A stretch of 64,000 nt of DNA from Planctomycetota bacterium (GTDB lineage Bacteria; Planctomycetota; UBA8108; SXIK01): the NCBI GenBank assembly GCA_965223265.1, contig OZ244999.1:992001-1056000 (forward strand). Direction: 5' to 3'. Numbering within the stretch: position 1 is the first letter of the stretch; the number at the start of each line of letters is the position of its first letter. The translations under genes were made by a program, and so were the position numbers. Of this stretch, positions 1 through 10,954 are shown in pieces. Under the pieces are notes generated by a model, which was given only the letters and a program-made list of their open reading frames with translations, did not search any database and was not told where the DNA came from.

Positions 1-75
1 GAAGTCGCGGTCTCCGAAGTCTCAGTCTCCGAAGTCTCAGTCTCCGAAGTCGCGGTCTCCGAAGTCTCAGTCTCG
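1..75. repeat. 15-bp tandem repeat (5 copies visible) in the NusA acidic tail
   Basis: gaagtc(gcg/tca)gtctcc x5, encoding SETET/SETAT repeats on the minus strand. Confidence 0.9.
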
Positions 76-1181
76 GACTCTTGATCCTCAGGCGTCGCGG
101 CTGCCCCGGAAGGTTCACTTCCAGCTTCACCTGCAGACGAAGCGTCCGCGCCGTCGGCGGCAGCTTCTCCCGCGCCCGCTGCGGTTTCAGTGTCGCCGCC
201 CTCGGATTCGGAAATGGTTTCGCCTTGCCGTAGTTTCTCGATGTCTTCTTCCGACACCTTGACGATGTCGAGGTCCCACTTCGCCAGCTTCGAGGCCAAT
301 CGCACGTTCTGACCATTCTTGCCGATGGCGAGCGACTGTTGGTCTGATCGGACGTAAACCTTCGCCCGAGTGTTTTCATAGTCAAGATCCATGGAGGTGA
401 TCTCGGCAGGCTTCAAGGCGTTCATGATCAACACTTCAACGGACTCGTTCCAGCGCACGATATCGATCTTTTCGCCGAACAGTTCGTCGACGATGTTTTT
501 GATTCGTGAACCGCGCACGCCGACGCACGCGCCGACGCAATCGACGTTCGAGTCGTAAGTGGTGACCGCGATTTTTGTGCGGTAGCCCGGTTCGCGAACG
601 ATGTCCATGATCTCGATGACCTTCTCTGCGATCTCGGGAACTTCGAGTTCGAAGAGAGCCTTGACGAATGCTGGACTGGTGCGCGACAGGGTGATCTTGA
701 CGCGATGGTTTTTCTTTACGTCCTGGACGAGAACCTTGATGCGTTCGCCGACGCGAAACTTCTCGCCAGGGACCTGATGCGAGCGCGGTAGGAACCCCTC
801 CGTCTTGCCACTCCCGAGGTTGACGATGAGATTCGAGTTCTCCGAGCGCTGAACGACGCCTGTTACTAGTTTGTCCAGCCGATGTTCGTATTCCGCGAAC
901 ACCTTGTCACGCTCGGCCTCGCGGATCTTTTGGAACAAGACCTGCTTGCCCTGCAGCGCTGCCAGCCGTCCCAGGTCGCTGATCGGGACGACCGTTTCAC
1001 CCTCGAAAACAGTGGTTTCCCCGGTTTCCCGGTCGATCGTGACGCGAACGTCGGTCTCCTCACCAACCTTTTTCTTGACGGCAGTGACGATGCAGGCCTC
1101 GACCCCCTGGAAAATGATTTCCTTGTCGATGTCTTTGTCGCGGTGGATGGTATCCACCAGCCTGAGGATTTCGCCATTCAT
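3..1181 (-). CDS. nusA: Transcription termination/antitermination factor NusA (3' end runs off window)
   Basis: Not in the ORF track. Manual translation from ATG 1181 gives MNGEILRLVDTIHRDKDIDKE..., an S1 domain, KH motifs REPGYRTKIAV, VGACVGVRGSRIKNIVDELFGEKIDIV and LAIGKNGQNVRLASKL, then an acidic low-complexity tail. Confidence 0.96.
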   Translation of the reverse strand, partial: MNGEILRLVDTIHRDKDIDKEIIFQGVEACIVTAVKKKVGEETDVRVTIDRETGETTVFEGETVVPISDLGRLAALQGKQVLFQKIREAERDKVFAEYEHRLDKLVTGVVQRSENSNLIVNLGSGKTEGFLPRSHQVPGEKFRVGERIKVLVQDVKKNHRVKITLSRTSPAFVKALFELEVPEIAEKVIEIMDIVREPGYRTKIAVTTYDSNVDCVGACVGVRGSRIKNIVDELFGEKIDIVRWNESVEVLIMNALKPAEITSMDLDYENTRAKVYVRSDQQSLAIGKNGQNVRLASKLAKWDLDIVKVSEEDIEKLRQGETISESEGGDTETAAGAGEAAADGADASSAGEAGSEPSGAAATPEDQESETETSETATSETETSETETSETAT

Positions 1182-1573
1182 ATGGAGTGGCTCCAGAGGG
1201 GAACGTCAACGCGACCGCAACTCGGCGGCCGACCGCGTGGCAGCGGAGAAGACACTAACTTACATGTTGGAAGCCATTTAGTAAAGCCCATCCCACCGCG
1301 CCGACGCACCGTTCGACGTTGCGCAGAAGTCACGCCGAGCCGCGTCGAAAAGTGTAATTTGTTGCCCGCGCGCAGGTTAGGGCCAGGCTTCGGGAAACCC
1401 GTCATCATAGGGCGTCGCTGGGCCCTGTCAAGTCTCGGCAGCACGCCGCCTTAGCGACCTCCTCGGCGCTTTCGTGGGAGCGAAAACTGCTCCTGAAACC
1501 GCTCGGTTGTCACCATGCGGGCCGCAGCCGCACCGCGGATGGCGGCCGCCGTTTCAACGGGCTGTTAGCTTAG

Positions 1574-1751
1574 CAGCCCGTTGAAAAAGTCATTCGGCCG
1601 AGAAACTGGCCTCTTCACGCCCAGATCGACCGCGGCGAGCCTCGCCGTGTATATCTTATAGAAGAGGGCTCGGAGATTACCTGCGTTCGCCGCGACCGAT
1701 CTGGACGCGAAGCGACCAGTTTTCGACTCGAAGCACTTTTTCAACAGGCTG
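1574..1751. mobile_element. Palindromic MITE-like element, copy 1
   Basis: TIRs cagcccgttgaaaaagt / actttttcaacaggctg, long internal imperfect palindrome, TTAG on both flanks (1570-1573, 1752-1755). A close copy lies at 9261-9420. Confidence 0.8.
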
Positions 1752-2537
1752 TTAGGGGATCCGCCGATTTCCTTGGGGCCGAGGTTTCTGCGCGGCGGGT
1801 TTCTGAGCGGCGGCAACTTTTCTGTACGGCGCGAAGTGCCACGAGAGAGCGCGGAACGTATGCACCGGAAATGCGTTCGACCCGGCGCGCCACGCCGCCA
1901 CCAGCTGGGCCCAGAGCTGCGGCACATCGGTGATGCGATCGACGTCATCTAACTTGTGAAGCAGTAAGTGCTTGAGATGTCGAGTGGCGGCCCGCCGGAG
2001 GGTGCATTCGAGTACCCTCGGCGTGCTCCAGGGAATGTTCCGAAAGATCTCGGGGGCCGGACGGCTCAGTCCGATCAGGTAGTAGCCGCCATCACCCGAC
2101 GGCCCTAAGACCAGGTCACAGGTTTTGAGCGCTTTGAAGGCGGAGATGATCTCTTGCTGACCGAGCAGCGGGCAGTCGGTTCCAATGATCACAGCGCGTT
2201 CGCATCCGGAGGCGAACATCGAGGCGAACGTTGCTGCCATGCGAGCCCCCAAGTCGCCGTCCGCCTGCGGGCATAAGGCGAATCGGGATAGCATTTTACG
2301 AGGAAGTAACGAGGCGCACAGGGGGCGCTGCTCCGGAGGGCTGAACTCGGCCCGCAGCGTGTCCACCTTGCAGCCGCCCACCCAGGCGAGAGTGTCCCGC
2401 ACGAAGGCGCGGTAAAGTTCGGTGGCGGCTGACCTACCGCTGTCCCGGGCCAGGCGGGTTTTCACGCGCCCGGGTTGCGGTGCCTTGAGGTAGACCGCGA
2501 GAGCGGTCTTGTTGCGAGCGCCACTGCGCGTTGTCAT
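1752..2537 (-). CDS. DUF2064/TIGR04282-like glycosyltransferase (CofC/GT-A-like fold)
   Basis: Motifs KAPQPGRVKTRLA, QADGDLGARM, IIGTDCP, LVLGPSGDGGYYLIGL, IPWST, DDVD. Start placed at MTTRSG. Confidence 0.85.
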   Translation of the reverse strand: MTTRSGARNKTALAVYLKAPQPGRVKTRLARDSGRSAATELYRAFVRDTLAWVGGCKVDTLRAEFSPPEQRPLCASLLPRKMLSRFALCPQADGDLGARMAATFASMFASGCERAVIIGTDCPLLGQQEIISAFKALKTCDLVLGPSGDGGYYLIGLSRPAPEIFRNIPWSTPRVLECTLRRAATRHLKHLLLHKLDDVDRITDVPQLWAQLVAAWRAGSNAFPVHTFRALSWHFAPYRKVAAAQKPAAQKPRPQGNRRIP

Positions 2538-2667
2538 GATCGCGGCGAGGATGACACAGCCCCGTGAGCGGATCGAGGGGTTTTTCGGACGGATCGTTCG
2601 TGCCGGGCGACATCTGTGACTCTCTGGCGGCGCCACGAGCCTTCGTTGGTCACGCTCCCTTGTGCTG

Positions 2668-2805
2668 CAGGCTGTTAGCTAGACGCAGCCGATCTGGGCT
2701 TCGTCAGTCTAAGCGCAGCTGAGTTGGAGACGACCCGACCCTCGCCCCGGCCGCTCTGGACGCAGCGGCAAGCCCTCAGCTCGAAGCACTTTTTCAGGCA
2801 GGCTG
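2668..2805. repeat. Decayed MITE relative (right-end remnants)
   Basis: caggctg|ttag at 2668-2678 and gctcgaagcactttttcaggcaggctg|ttaa ending at 2805 match the MITE right end. Confidence 0.55.
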
Positions 2806-3246
2806 TTAAAGCTCCTTGGAGTCGACTCCGAAACAGATGGAGTGGGGAAAAATGGAGCCGAGTCGCGCCGTGTCGAGGCCGGCTGGAATCCCGGACGTCT
2901 TGTTTAACTGAGCGGTCGCCTGGAGGACCAGGTACAATCACGATGTCGTGGGCGAAACGAAACAGTTCATTCGGTGCTGCGCCCGGGCCATCCCCGCGGC
3001 CGCCGATCGCACGTCTCCGCTCCGGGGGCGTCGGGGGGGCGAGCTGTCGCGGTGAGCGCCGGCGTCCGGCCCATCGACTTCGCCTTTGTTCGCTTGCCGA
3101 ACTTCTCGCCCATCGTCAGGCGAGTGGCTCGCCTGCATGGCGGCGCCAGCGTACGTGCGACGGATTCGCCATGCGTCACGCGACAGGAAAGCGCTCCCCA
3201 GGCAGCTCTGCGAGAAGTTCTGTACGGTAATCCATACGGTACCCCT

Positions 3247-3789
3247 ATGAAGTGTCAGGCGTGCGGCGATAACGAAGCCACGGTCCACTTGACGGACGTT
3301 TCGAACAACGAGAAACGCGAGGTTCACCTCTGCGAGGATTGTGCCCGCGCACAGCAGGTGACGATCAAGAGTTACCTCCACAAACAGTCGTCGAAGCCGC
3401 AGAAGCAGCCGTTCGAGATCCTCTCGAAACTTGTTCAGTCGCAGACGGAGAGCTATCCGGACGAAAAGGAGCTCGCGTGCCCGCGCTGTGGGACGACGTA
3501 TAAGACGTTTCGAGCGACGGGAAAGTTTGGCTGCCCCAACGACTATGCCGTCTTTAAACAGGGACTCGTGAACCTGCTTGAAAAGATTCACGGCAAAGTG
3601 CAGCACGCGGGAAAAGTGCCTCTGCGTGCGAGCGATCAGATCGAGAGACAACGTCAACTGCGCGCTCTCAGGGCGGAGCTTGAACGCGCCGTGCAAGGCG
3701 AAGCGTATGAGAAAGCAGCCGAGATTCGAGACAGGATATATGACCTTGAAGGGCGCGAGAGAAGCGAAGAACTCGATGGACCTGAATGA
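3247..3789 (+). CDS. mcsA: McsA, protein-arginine kinase activator (CxxC motifs + UVR domain)
   Basis: MKCQAC...HLCEDCA...CPRCG...GKFGCPNDY...HAGKVP, UVR motif EAYEKAAEIRD. Overlaps the mcsB start. Confidence 0.93.
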   Translation: MKCQACGDNEATVHLTDVSNNEKREVHLCEDCARAQQVTIKSYLHKQSSKPQKQPFEILSKLVQSQTESYPDEKELACPRCGTTYKTFRATGKFGCPNDYAVFKQGLVNLLEKIHGKVQHAGKVPLRASDQIERQRQLRALRAELERAVQGEAYEKAAEIRDRIYDLEGRERSEELDGPE

Positions 3790-4891
3790 GATCCCAGCAG
3801 GCGTTGGTGAATGGCTCGGCGGGACAGGACCCGAGTCAGACATCGTCATCAGCTCACGTATAAGGCTGGCGCGCAATCTCGCGGAGTACCCGTTCCTTTC
3901 GCGCGCCACGCCGAAGGAGCGTGGCGAGGTGGAGCGACGCATTCGCAAGGCGCTCCTCGAAGCGGGTCTGGCCGACGATATGAGCTATTTGACGCTGCCG
4001 CCGCTGTCGTCGGTCGATCGCCTGTTTCTTGTTGAGCGTCACCTCATCAGCCGTGAGCACGCATTCGGGAAAGGTCCACGCGGAGTTGGACTCGGTGCTA
4101 ACGAAACGATTAGCATCATGGTCAATGAAGAGGATCATCTGCGCATCCAAGGGCTGAACTCCGGGTTTCAGCTGCGCGCGACGTGGGAGCGCGTCGACGA
4201 AGCCGATACCGTGATCGAGCGGGAGCTGAGTTACGCGTTTCACCCGCAGTTTGGCTATCTCACGATTTGTCCGACGAATGTTGGCACCGGCTTGCGGGCC
4301 TCCGTCATGCTACACCTTCCCGCGCTCGTCATGACGAGACAGATCGACAAGGTGTTTCAAGCCGTCTCGAAGATCAGTCTCGCGGTGCGCGGCCTCTACG
4401 GCGAAGGGACGCAGGCCTCGGGTGACTTCTACCAGATTTCTAATCAACCGACGCTGGGCAAGAGTGAGCTTGAAATCATCCTCAACATTGAGCGGGTCAT
4501 TCCGAAGATCATCGAATACGAACGCACGGTACGTGAGAGCCTTCTCGAACAGCGTCGCGAGGTCGTCGAGGACAAGGTCTGGCGAGCCTATGGCATGCTT
4601 CAGACCGCGCGCACGATCAATTCTGGCGAAACCATGGAGCTGCTGTCAGCAGTGCGGATGGGCGTCAACCTGCAGATCATTCACGACGTCGAAATTTCGA
4701 CGGTGAACGAGCTCTTTATCCTGACGCAGCCAGCTCACCTGCAGAAAATGGAGCGTTCTGAGCTCAACAGTCCCGAGCGCGACATCATGCGTGCCACGTT
4801 TATCCGCAACCGACTCTTGCAGGGAAGTCGGCGGCAGCGCCAGCCCGAAGAGGACGGCGACAAGGATACCAACACGAGCGCGTCGAAGTAG
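3776..4891 (+). CDS. mcsB: McsB protein-arginine kinase
   Basis: SSRIRLARN, MVNEEDHLRIQ, GYLTICPTNVGTGLRASVMLHLP, FYQISNQ. Confidence 0.96.
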   Translation: MDLNEIPAGVGEWLGGTGPESDIVISSRIRLARNLAEYPFLSRATPKERGEVERRIRKALLEAGLADDMSYLTLPPLSSVDRLFLVERHLISREHAFGKGPRGVGLGANETISIMVNEEDHLRIQGLNSGFQLRATWERVDEADTVIERELSYAFHPQFGYLTICPTNVGTGLRASVMLHLPALVMTRQIDKVFQAVSKISLAVRGLYGEGTQASGDFYQISNQPTLGKSELEIILNIERVIPKIIEYERTVRESLLEQRREVVEDKVWRAYGMLQTARTINSGETMELLSAVRMGVNLQIIHDVEISTVNELFILTQPAHLQKMERSELNSPERDIMRATFIRNRLLQGSRRQRQPEEDGDKDTNTSASK

Positions 4892-5279
4892 CGCTCGACG
4901 CCCGCCCGACTTGACGGTAATTCCCTTGAAAAGCAGCCTCAGCGTCGCAAGATGACCCATATTATCGGGACATTCAAGACGGCTCCGCTCGATCGGTTCT
5001 CGGCTGTGAAGGCACCGCATCCTCGGCAGTGTTGCCCCTGAAGCGTGCCTCGGGCGCGCCTGCTAGGCCGCCGATCGTCTGCTGCCGGTGTCTCGGTCAG
5101 CGGGCATTCAGAAAAGCGAGTAGAATTCCGAGAAACACTGAGAGCTCGAGTTGGTTCGGGCTGCGGCGATCCCGTCACGATCGTCGCTGCCTCTGGGAAC
5201 CTCATGAGCCTACGTCTGCACAGCAGCCGACGACAGAACAGCGGACGACTGCAGAGAGATTACGAGAGGAATTTCATCC

Positions 5280-7805
5280 ATGTTTGATCGTTTCACGGAC
5301 AGAGCCCGACGAGTCATGGCGCTGGCGCGCAAGGAGGCGCAGCGATTCAACCATGATTTTATCGGCACGGAGCACATCCTTCTGGGATTGATCCAAGAAG
5401 GCAGTGGTGTTGCCGCAAGTGTCCTGAAGAATCTTGGCGTTGAGACGGAGAAAATCCGGCGCGAGATCGAGAAGAACGTCCAGTCGGGGCCCTCGATGGT
5501 CACGATGGGCCAACTTCCATTCACGCCGCGCGCCAAGAAGGTGCTCGAGCTTTCGATGGAAGAGGCGCACGAGCTCGGCCACAACTACATTGGCACAGAA
5601 CATTTGCTTCTCGGGTTGATTCGTGAGAACGACGGCGTCGCCGCTCAGGTCCTTCTCGACCTCGACCTCAAACTCGAGGAAGTCCGCGAAGCGGTCCTCG
5701 AGCTTCTGGGCGCCGAATCTTCAATGCAGTCTGAGTCGTCTGTCTCTTCGTCGTCGCAGTCCAAGAGCGGACGTTCCAAGACGCCGGCGCTCGATGCGTT
5801 CGGTCGCGACCTGACCGAGCTGGCTCGCGACGGCAAGCTCGACCCGGTGATTGGACGGCACGACGAGATCGAGCGCGTCATCCAGATTCTCAGCCGCCGG
5901 ACGAAGAACAATCCGGTTCTGCTCGGCGAGCCGGGTGTCGGCAAGACGGCTATCGTTGAGGGTCTGGCGCAAGACGTGGTCAACGGTAACGTCCCAGAGT
6001 TACTGCGGGACCGGCGCATCGTTGTTCTCGATTTGGCCATGATGGTGGCTGGTACGAAGTACCGCGGTCAGTTTGAAGAGCGCATCAAGGCTGTCATGAC
6101 CGAAGTGCGGCGCGTCAAGAATGTCATCCTGTTCATTGACGAGCTGCACACGCTCGTCGGTGCTGGTGGTGCGGAGGGCGCCATCGACGCCTCTAACGTG
6201 TTGAAGCCGGCGCTCTCGCGCGGCGAAGTGCAGTGCATCGGGGCGACGACTCTCGATGAGTACCGCAAGTTCATTGAAAAGGACGGCGCGCTTGAGCGGC
6301 GTTTTCAAGTGATCATGGTCAATCCACCTTCGAAGGCGGAGACGATCGAGATCCTCAAGGGGCTACGCGACAAGTATGAAGCGCACCACCGCGTTCAGAT
6401 CACTGATGACGCGCTGGAGTCGGCCGTCGAGTTGTCGACGCGGTATATCTCTGGACGCTTCCTGCCGGACAAGGCGATCGATGTGATCGATGAAGCAGGT
6501 TCGCGGGTGCGAATGCGGACCATGACGAGGCCGCCGGACCTTAAGGACCTGGAACGCGAGATCGAAGAACTCAACAAGGAGAAAGAGGCCGCCGTCGCCC
6601 TACAAGATTTCGAACGCGCGGCGAACTTGCGTGATCAGGCCGACAAGCTGAAGAAGAAGAAAGAACAGATCAAGCGCGAGTGGCGGGAACAGTCGTCGGA
6701 GAGTGGTGGAGTTGTTGACGAAGAAGTCGTGGCTGAAACCGTCTCGAAAATGACCGGGATTCCCCTGACGCGACTTGAGAAGGCGGAGTCGGAGCGCCTG
6801 CTCGGCATGGAGTCGGAGCTCGCCAAGAGCGTCGTGGCGCAGAGACCGGCCATCACTGCGATCTCGCGTGCTGTGCGTCGTTCACGCTCCGGGCTTAAGG
6901 ACCCGCGTCGACCGGTCGGGTCGTTCATTTTTCTCGGGCCGACCGGCGTCGGAAAGACGCTCCTTGCGAAGGCGCTCGCGAAGTTTATGTTCGGTGAAGC
7001 CGACGCGATCATTCAGATCGACATGTCGGAATACATGGAGAAGCACAACGTTTCTCGACTCGTCGGCGCGCCCCCGGGATACGTCGGATTCGAGGAGGGA
7101 GGTCAGTTGACCGAGAAGGTCAGACGACGCCCGTACGCGGTGATCCTTTTCGACGAGATTGAGAAGGCGCACCACGATGTCTTCAACATGCTGCTGCAGA
7201 TCATGGAGGAAGGCCAGCTGACGGACAGCTTCGGCCGTCACATCGACTTCCGCAACACGATCCTCATCATGACGTCGAACATCGGCGCCAACGTGATCAA
7301 GAATCAATCGAGTCTCGGATTCAAACGTACCTCGGTCGATCGCAGTTATGAAGAGATGAAGAAGGAACTTCTCGACGAGGTCGAGAAGAACTTCCGTCCC
7401 GAGTTTCTTAACCGACTCGACGAGATCATCGTCTTTCAGAGTCTACTGCGCGACGATCTGCGCGAGATCATCAATATCGAGATGGCTCACGTTCAGGACC
7501 GACTGCGCAGCCAGGGTCTTCACGTGACGCTCACCGACGCGGCGAAGGACTTTCTGATCGATACGGGGTACAACCCCGAGTACGGCGCCCGACCGCTGCG
7601 CCGCGCGATCGAGCAGAATCTCGAGGATCCACTCGCCGAGGAGCTTCTTCGCGGCGCCTTGACTGGTAAGAACGAGCTCCTGATCGAGGTGCGAGACGGC
7701 CGGCTCTACTTCAACGCCACGCGTGTTGATGAACCGGAAAAGGATTCTCCGGGCGACGAGGAGTCGATCGAGCCGCAGGAGGCCACGGCAGCAGATTCCG
7801 ACTGA
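5280..7805 (+). CDS. clpC: ATP-dependent Clp protease ATP-binding subunit ClpC
   Basis: Clp N repeats, two AAA+ domains ([16 protein letters not shown]), UVR middle domain, LGF loop. Lies downstream of mcsAB. Confidence 0.97.
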   Translation: MFDRFTDRARRVMALARKEAQRFNHDFIGTEHILLGLIQEGSGVAASVLKNLGVETEKIRREIEKNVQSGPSMVTMGQLPFTPRAKKVLELSMEEAHELGHNYIGTEHLLLGLIRENDGVAAQVLLDLDLKLEEVREAVLELLGAESSMQSESSVSSSSQSKSGRSKTPALDAFGRDLTELARDGKLDPVIGRHDEIERVIQILSRRTKNNPVLLGEPGVGKTAIVEGLAQDVVNGNVPELLRDRRIVVLDLAMMVAGTKYRGQFEERIKAVMTEVRRVKNVILFIDELHTLVGAGGAEGAIDASNVLKPALSRGEVQCIGATTLDEYRKFIEKDGALERRFQVIMVNPPSKAETIEILKGLRDKYEAHHRVQITDDALESAVELSTRYISGRFLPDKAIDVIDEAGSRVRMRTMTRPPDLKDLEREIEELNKEKEAAVALQDFERAANLRDQADKLKKKKEQIKREWREQSSESGGVVDEEVVAETVSKMTGIPLTRLEKAESERLLGMESELAKSVVAQRPAITAISRAVRRSRSGLKDPRRPVGSFIFLGPTGVGKTLLAKALAKFMFGEADAIIQIDMSEYMEKHNVSRLVGAPPGYVGFEEGGQLTEKVRRRPYAVILFDEIEKAHHDVFNMLLQIMEEGQLTDSFGRHIDFRNTILIMTSNIGANVIKNQSSLGFKRTSVDRSYEEMKKELLDEVEKNFRPEFLNRLDEIIVFQSLLRDDLREIINIEMAHVQDRLRSQGLHVTLTDAAKDFLIDTGYNPEYGARPLRRAIEQNLEDPLAEELLRGALTGKNELLIEVRDGRLYFNATRVDEPEKDSPGDEESIEPQEATAADSD

Positions 7806-7846
7806 CGGTCGATCCGCCTGGGTCGTTCTCCGTCCGTGAGCGGCGT

Positions 7847-9196
7847 TCAGCTTGGCTGCCGTTGGCGGCTGTGTGCCAGTGGACGCAAGCGTCCCGCGAG
7901 GTAGAACGACCCGGTGACGATCACAGTCCCTGCGTGCTCTAGCGCGGTGGCGAACGCCATTTCAGCGGGTTCGAGCACTTCGCCGCGGCCGACGCGCTGC
8001 CGGAGAACCTCCGGATCTTCCGATCGTACTGAGTCGCCGCGGGTGAAAATTAGGGAACCCGAGAATCGCTGTAGTTCGGCTGCGATGCGTTCCAGTTGTT
8101 TTCCTTTGGCGAGCGAGAACACCGTGCACCACGGGGCCGGCGCGCCGTGTTCGTTGAGGGTCGCCCGGAGCGCAGCGACGCCTTCGGGCGTGTGTGCGCT
8201 GTCGACCACGACGAGTGGATCGCCGGGAAAGAACTCGGCGCGCGCCGGAAGGGACAACTGCTCGAGTGCACGGGCGATGGCGTCCGCCTCGACGCGTCGT
8301 CCCTCGGCACTAAGGATGCTCTCGTACACGTGAAGGGCGATCGCTAGATTCCGGCGCAGTGCCGGGCCAAGCACGGCGCCGGCCGCTGCTGAAACGCCGT
8401 AGCGTGGCGCCTCGATTTTGGCTTCGTCCGCTTCAGCGTCGACGGCGAGGACGTCGCGGCAGGCGCTGTTGAGCACGGTGATCGGCGCGTCGTTTTCGGC
8501 CGCGACGTGACGGATGACCTCTTCTGCCTCCGCCATCACCGGACCAACAACTAGGGGCACGCGGGGCTTGATGATTCCGGCTTTCTCTTTCGCGATGGCG
8601 GCGAGTGTGTCACCCAGCTGCGCGGTGTGCTCCAAACCGATCGACGTGATCACCGTGCGCTGCGGGGTGACGACGTTCGTCGCATCGAGCCGGCCACCGA
8701 GCCCGACTTCGAGGATCGCCCAGTCGACCGCATCGCGGCGAAAGACCAGGAGCGCGAGCGCCGTCATGAGCTCGAAAAAAGTCGGAAAGAACCGAGGTTC
8801 CTCGTCACGGATCGCCGTCAAGATGGGTACCACGCGGTTGACCGTATCGACGAGCACAGACTCCGAGACCGAGGCGCCGTTGAGTCGAATTCGCTCGGAG
8901 AGATGTTCAACATGCGGCGACAAGTAGACCCCGACTCGATGCCCCGCGGCGGTCAGGAGCGCCTCCAGCATGAGTGCTGTCGATCCCTTTCCCTTCGTGC
9001 CCGCAATGTGCACAATGCGCAGGGAATCCTGCGGCTCACCGCATCGCGTGAGTAGCCGGCGTATGCGCGACAGCCCCAGTGTTCGTTTGTCGTGCTGGAA
9101 TTGGCCGAGGCGTTCGTAGTTTGTGAACTGCGCCAGAAAGAGCTCGAAGTCGCGGAAACTCTCGAGCGGCAGTATGGGACCCTTGGGATAGTTCAC
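7847..9196 (-). CDS. folC: Folylpolyglutamate synthase/dihydrofolate synthase
   Basis: HIAGTKGKGST, SPH, EVGLGGRLDATNV, KEKAGIIK, DSAHT, VTGSFYLAG. Confidence 0.93.
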   Translation of the reverse strand: MNYPKGPILPLESFRDFELFLAQFTNYERLGQFQHDKRTLGLSRIRRLLTRCGEPQDSLRIVHIAGTKGKGSTALMLEALLTAAGHRVGVYLSPHVEHLSERIRLNGASVSESVLVDTVNRVVPILTAIRDEEPRFFPTFFELMTALALLVFRRDAVDWAILEVGLGGRLDATNVVTPQRTVITSIGLEHTAQLGDTLAAIAKEKAGIIKPRVPLVVGPVMAEAEEVIRHVAAENDAPITVLNSACRDVLAVDAEADEAKIEAPRYGVSAAAGAVLGPALRRNLAIALHVYESILSAEGRRVEADAIARALEQLSLPARAEFFPGDPLVVVDSAHTPEGVAALRATLNEHGAPAPWCTVFSLAKGKQLERIAAELQRFSGSLIFTRGDSVRSEDPEVLRQRVGRGEVLEPAEMAFATALEHAGTVIVTGSFYLAGRLRPLAHSRQRQPS

Positions 9197-9260
9197 AGGG
9201 CGACGGGTCGGTGGTCGAGAAGGGCTGTTGTAGAAAAGACTTGGTGACGAGAAGATTCAT

Positions 9261-9420
9261 CAGCCCGTTGAAAAAGTCATTCGGCCGAGAAAACTGGCCT
9301 CTTCACGCCCAGCTCGACCGCGTCAATACTCGAAAATCCCGAAGATTGCCTGCGTTTGCCGCGGCCGACCTGGACGCGAAGAGACCAGTTTTCGGCTCGA
9401 AGCACTTTTTCAACGGGCTG
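9261..9420. mobile_element. Palindromic MITE-like element, copy 2
   Basis: TIRs cagcccgttgaaaaagt / actttttcaacgggctg. Arms are close to those of 1574-1751; the central loop is shorter. Confidence 0.8.
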
Positions 9421-9698
9421 TTATGCGTCGATTCCGAGTGCCTCGACGTCGCCGCAAGCGCGACGCGTTCAACAGAACGGAACTATAATCTGCATCTTGC
9501 GTTTTCTCACGCGCAATCCTTCGTTTCCCGCGCACGTCGAGCTGACGTCGATTCTGTCGATTCTGTCGATTCGGCGCGGGCGGTCCCCTGCAACGCAGCA
9601 CCTGGAGCGATCCGTTCGCATCTCAAGCCGACTGCTCTTTCTTGGCCGCAGCGCGTTGAGTGCGCCTGCTCATTCTCCAGTCGCCAATCAGGCCCAGC

Positions 9699-10865
9699 AT
9701 GGCTCATAAGAAGCGCGTTCTGATTTCCACAGTTGAAAAGTCGGCGGAAACTCATGCCGCTCGACTCGTCCGCGGCGTTGCGGCCGCTGACGACGCAGTG
9801 GAGTTCATCGGCTTTGGCGGCCCGCATCTCGAGGCAGCGGGATGCCGACTCCTCGCGGACACCATCGCGTTGGCCACCATGGGGCTGGGGTTCCTCGGTC
9901 AGGCTGGCGGTTTGCTGCGGACGGTGCGCCTGTTTGACCGCGCCCTACGCCGCGAACAGCCGGACGCGGTCGTTCTCGTGGACTCACCTGGACTGAATTT
10001 TCTCTTTGCTCGCCTCGCCCGGTGGCGCGGCGTTCCCGTGGTTTACTACATCTGTCCGCAGATCTGGGCCTGGGCTCCGTGGCGTCTCGGTAAGCTGCTG
10101 CGATACACCGATCTGTTGCTACCGATCCTACCGTTTGAGGCGGACGTATTGCGCAATGAGACGGTCCCGGTTGTCCCGGTTCGTCACCCGCTTCTCGACG
10201 AGATCGACGAGCTCGACCGCGGCGCCGGAAGTGAGCTGCGGCGCCAGCATGGCATCGACGATGACCAGCAAGTGATCGCGCTGCTGCCTGGCAGCCGTCA
10301 CCAAGAAGTGAGGCAACTGATGCCACTGTTTCGCCGCATACTCGACGAGGCGAAACTTGATGCAGGTCGCAATCACGTCTTGGTGTCCTGTTTTCGCGAC
10401 GATTTCGAGGCGCCGATCCGCGCCGCGATGCACGGGTTCGCTGTGCCTTTCGATGTGCTCAGAACGGATTCGCGTGTGATCACGATGGCGAGCGATTTCG
10501 TCGTTGTGGCGTCGGGGACGGCTTCGCTCGAAGTCGCGTTCTTGGAACGACCGATGATGGTGCTCTACTACGGCGGCCTCTGGCTTCGTGTCGTGAGCGC
10601 TACCCTTGCGGTGACGCCGTACTTCTCTCTGCCGAATCTCTTGGGCGCGGCGCTCAACGACGGCGCACCGATCGTGCCTGAACGCCTCTGCCGCGGTACG
10701 GAGTCAGCGGCTCTCGGCGCTGAGCTCAAGGCGAATCTTGGCGACGGTGAGCGCCGCGCCACCATGGCCATCCAGCTGCGTCAGGTTCGAGAGCACCTCG
10801 AGCGCACGTCCGGAAACCACACAGCCGCTGAGGCGCTCACCGACTTTCTATCACGCCTGACCTGA
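9699..10865 (+). CDS. lpxB: Lipid-A-disaccharide synthase
   Basis: VDSPGLN, YYICPQIWAWAPWR, ILPFE, ALLPGSR, VASGTASLE, FSLPNLL. Confidence 0.92.
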   Translation: MAHKKRVLISTVEKSAETHAARLVRGVAAADDAVEFIGFGGPHLEAAGCRLLADTIALATMGLGFLGQAGGLLRTVRLFDRALRREQPDAVVLVDSPGLNFLFARLARWRGVPVVYYICPQIWAWAPWRLGKLLRYTDLLLPILPFEADVLRNETVPVVPVRHPLLDEIDELDRGAGSELRRQHGIDDDQQVIALLPGSRHQEVRQLMPLFRRILDEAKLDAGRNHVLVSCFRDDFEAPIRAAMHGFAVPFDVLRTDSRVITMASDFVVVASGTASLEVAFLERPMMVLYYGGLWLRVVSATLAVTPYFSLPNLLGAALNDGAPIVPERLCRGTESAALGAELKANLGDGERRATMAIQLRQVREHLERTSGNHTAAEALTDFLSRLT

Positions 10866-10954
10866 CGGCCTCGGCGCCGGCCGCGTCGTTTCATAGCGTG
10901 CGACTCCGTAGCAGATCCGCTCCAGGCGGGCAACCGCGCCGCGAGGGCGATATA

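Noticed and set aside
866-1454. Track ORFs of 103-190 aa over the nusA 5' region
   Set aside because: Shadow or alternate frames of nusA, which the track missed because it runs off the window.
1752-2537. Arsenosugar biosynthesis cluster
   Set aside because: No arsS radical SAM, arsM or partner glycosyltransferase is adjacent.
2938-3948. 336-aa minus-strand ORF
   Set aside because: Antisense to mcsA/mcsB.
4941-4975. dif-like look of gtcgcaagatgacccatattatcgggaca
   Set aside because: The left arm and spacer do not fit the 11-6-11 XerC/XerD geometry.
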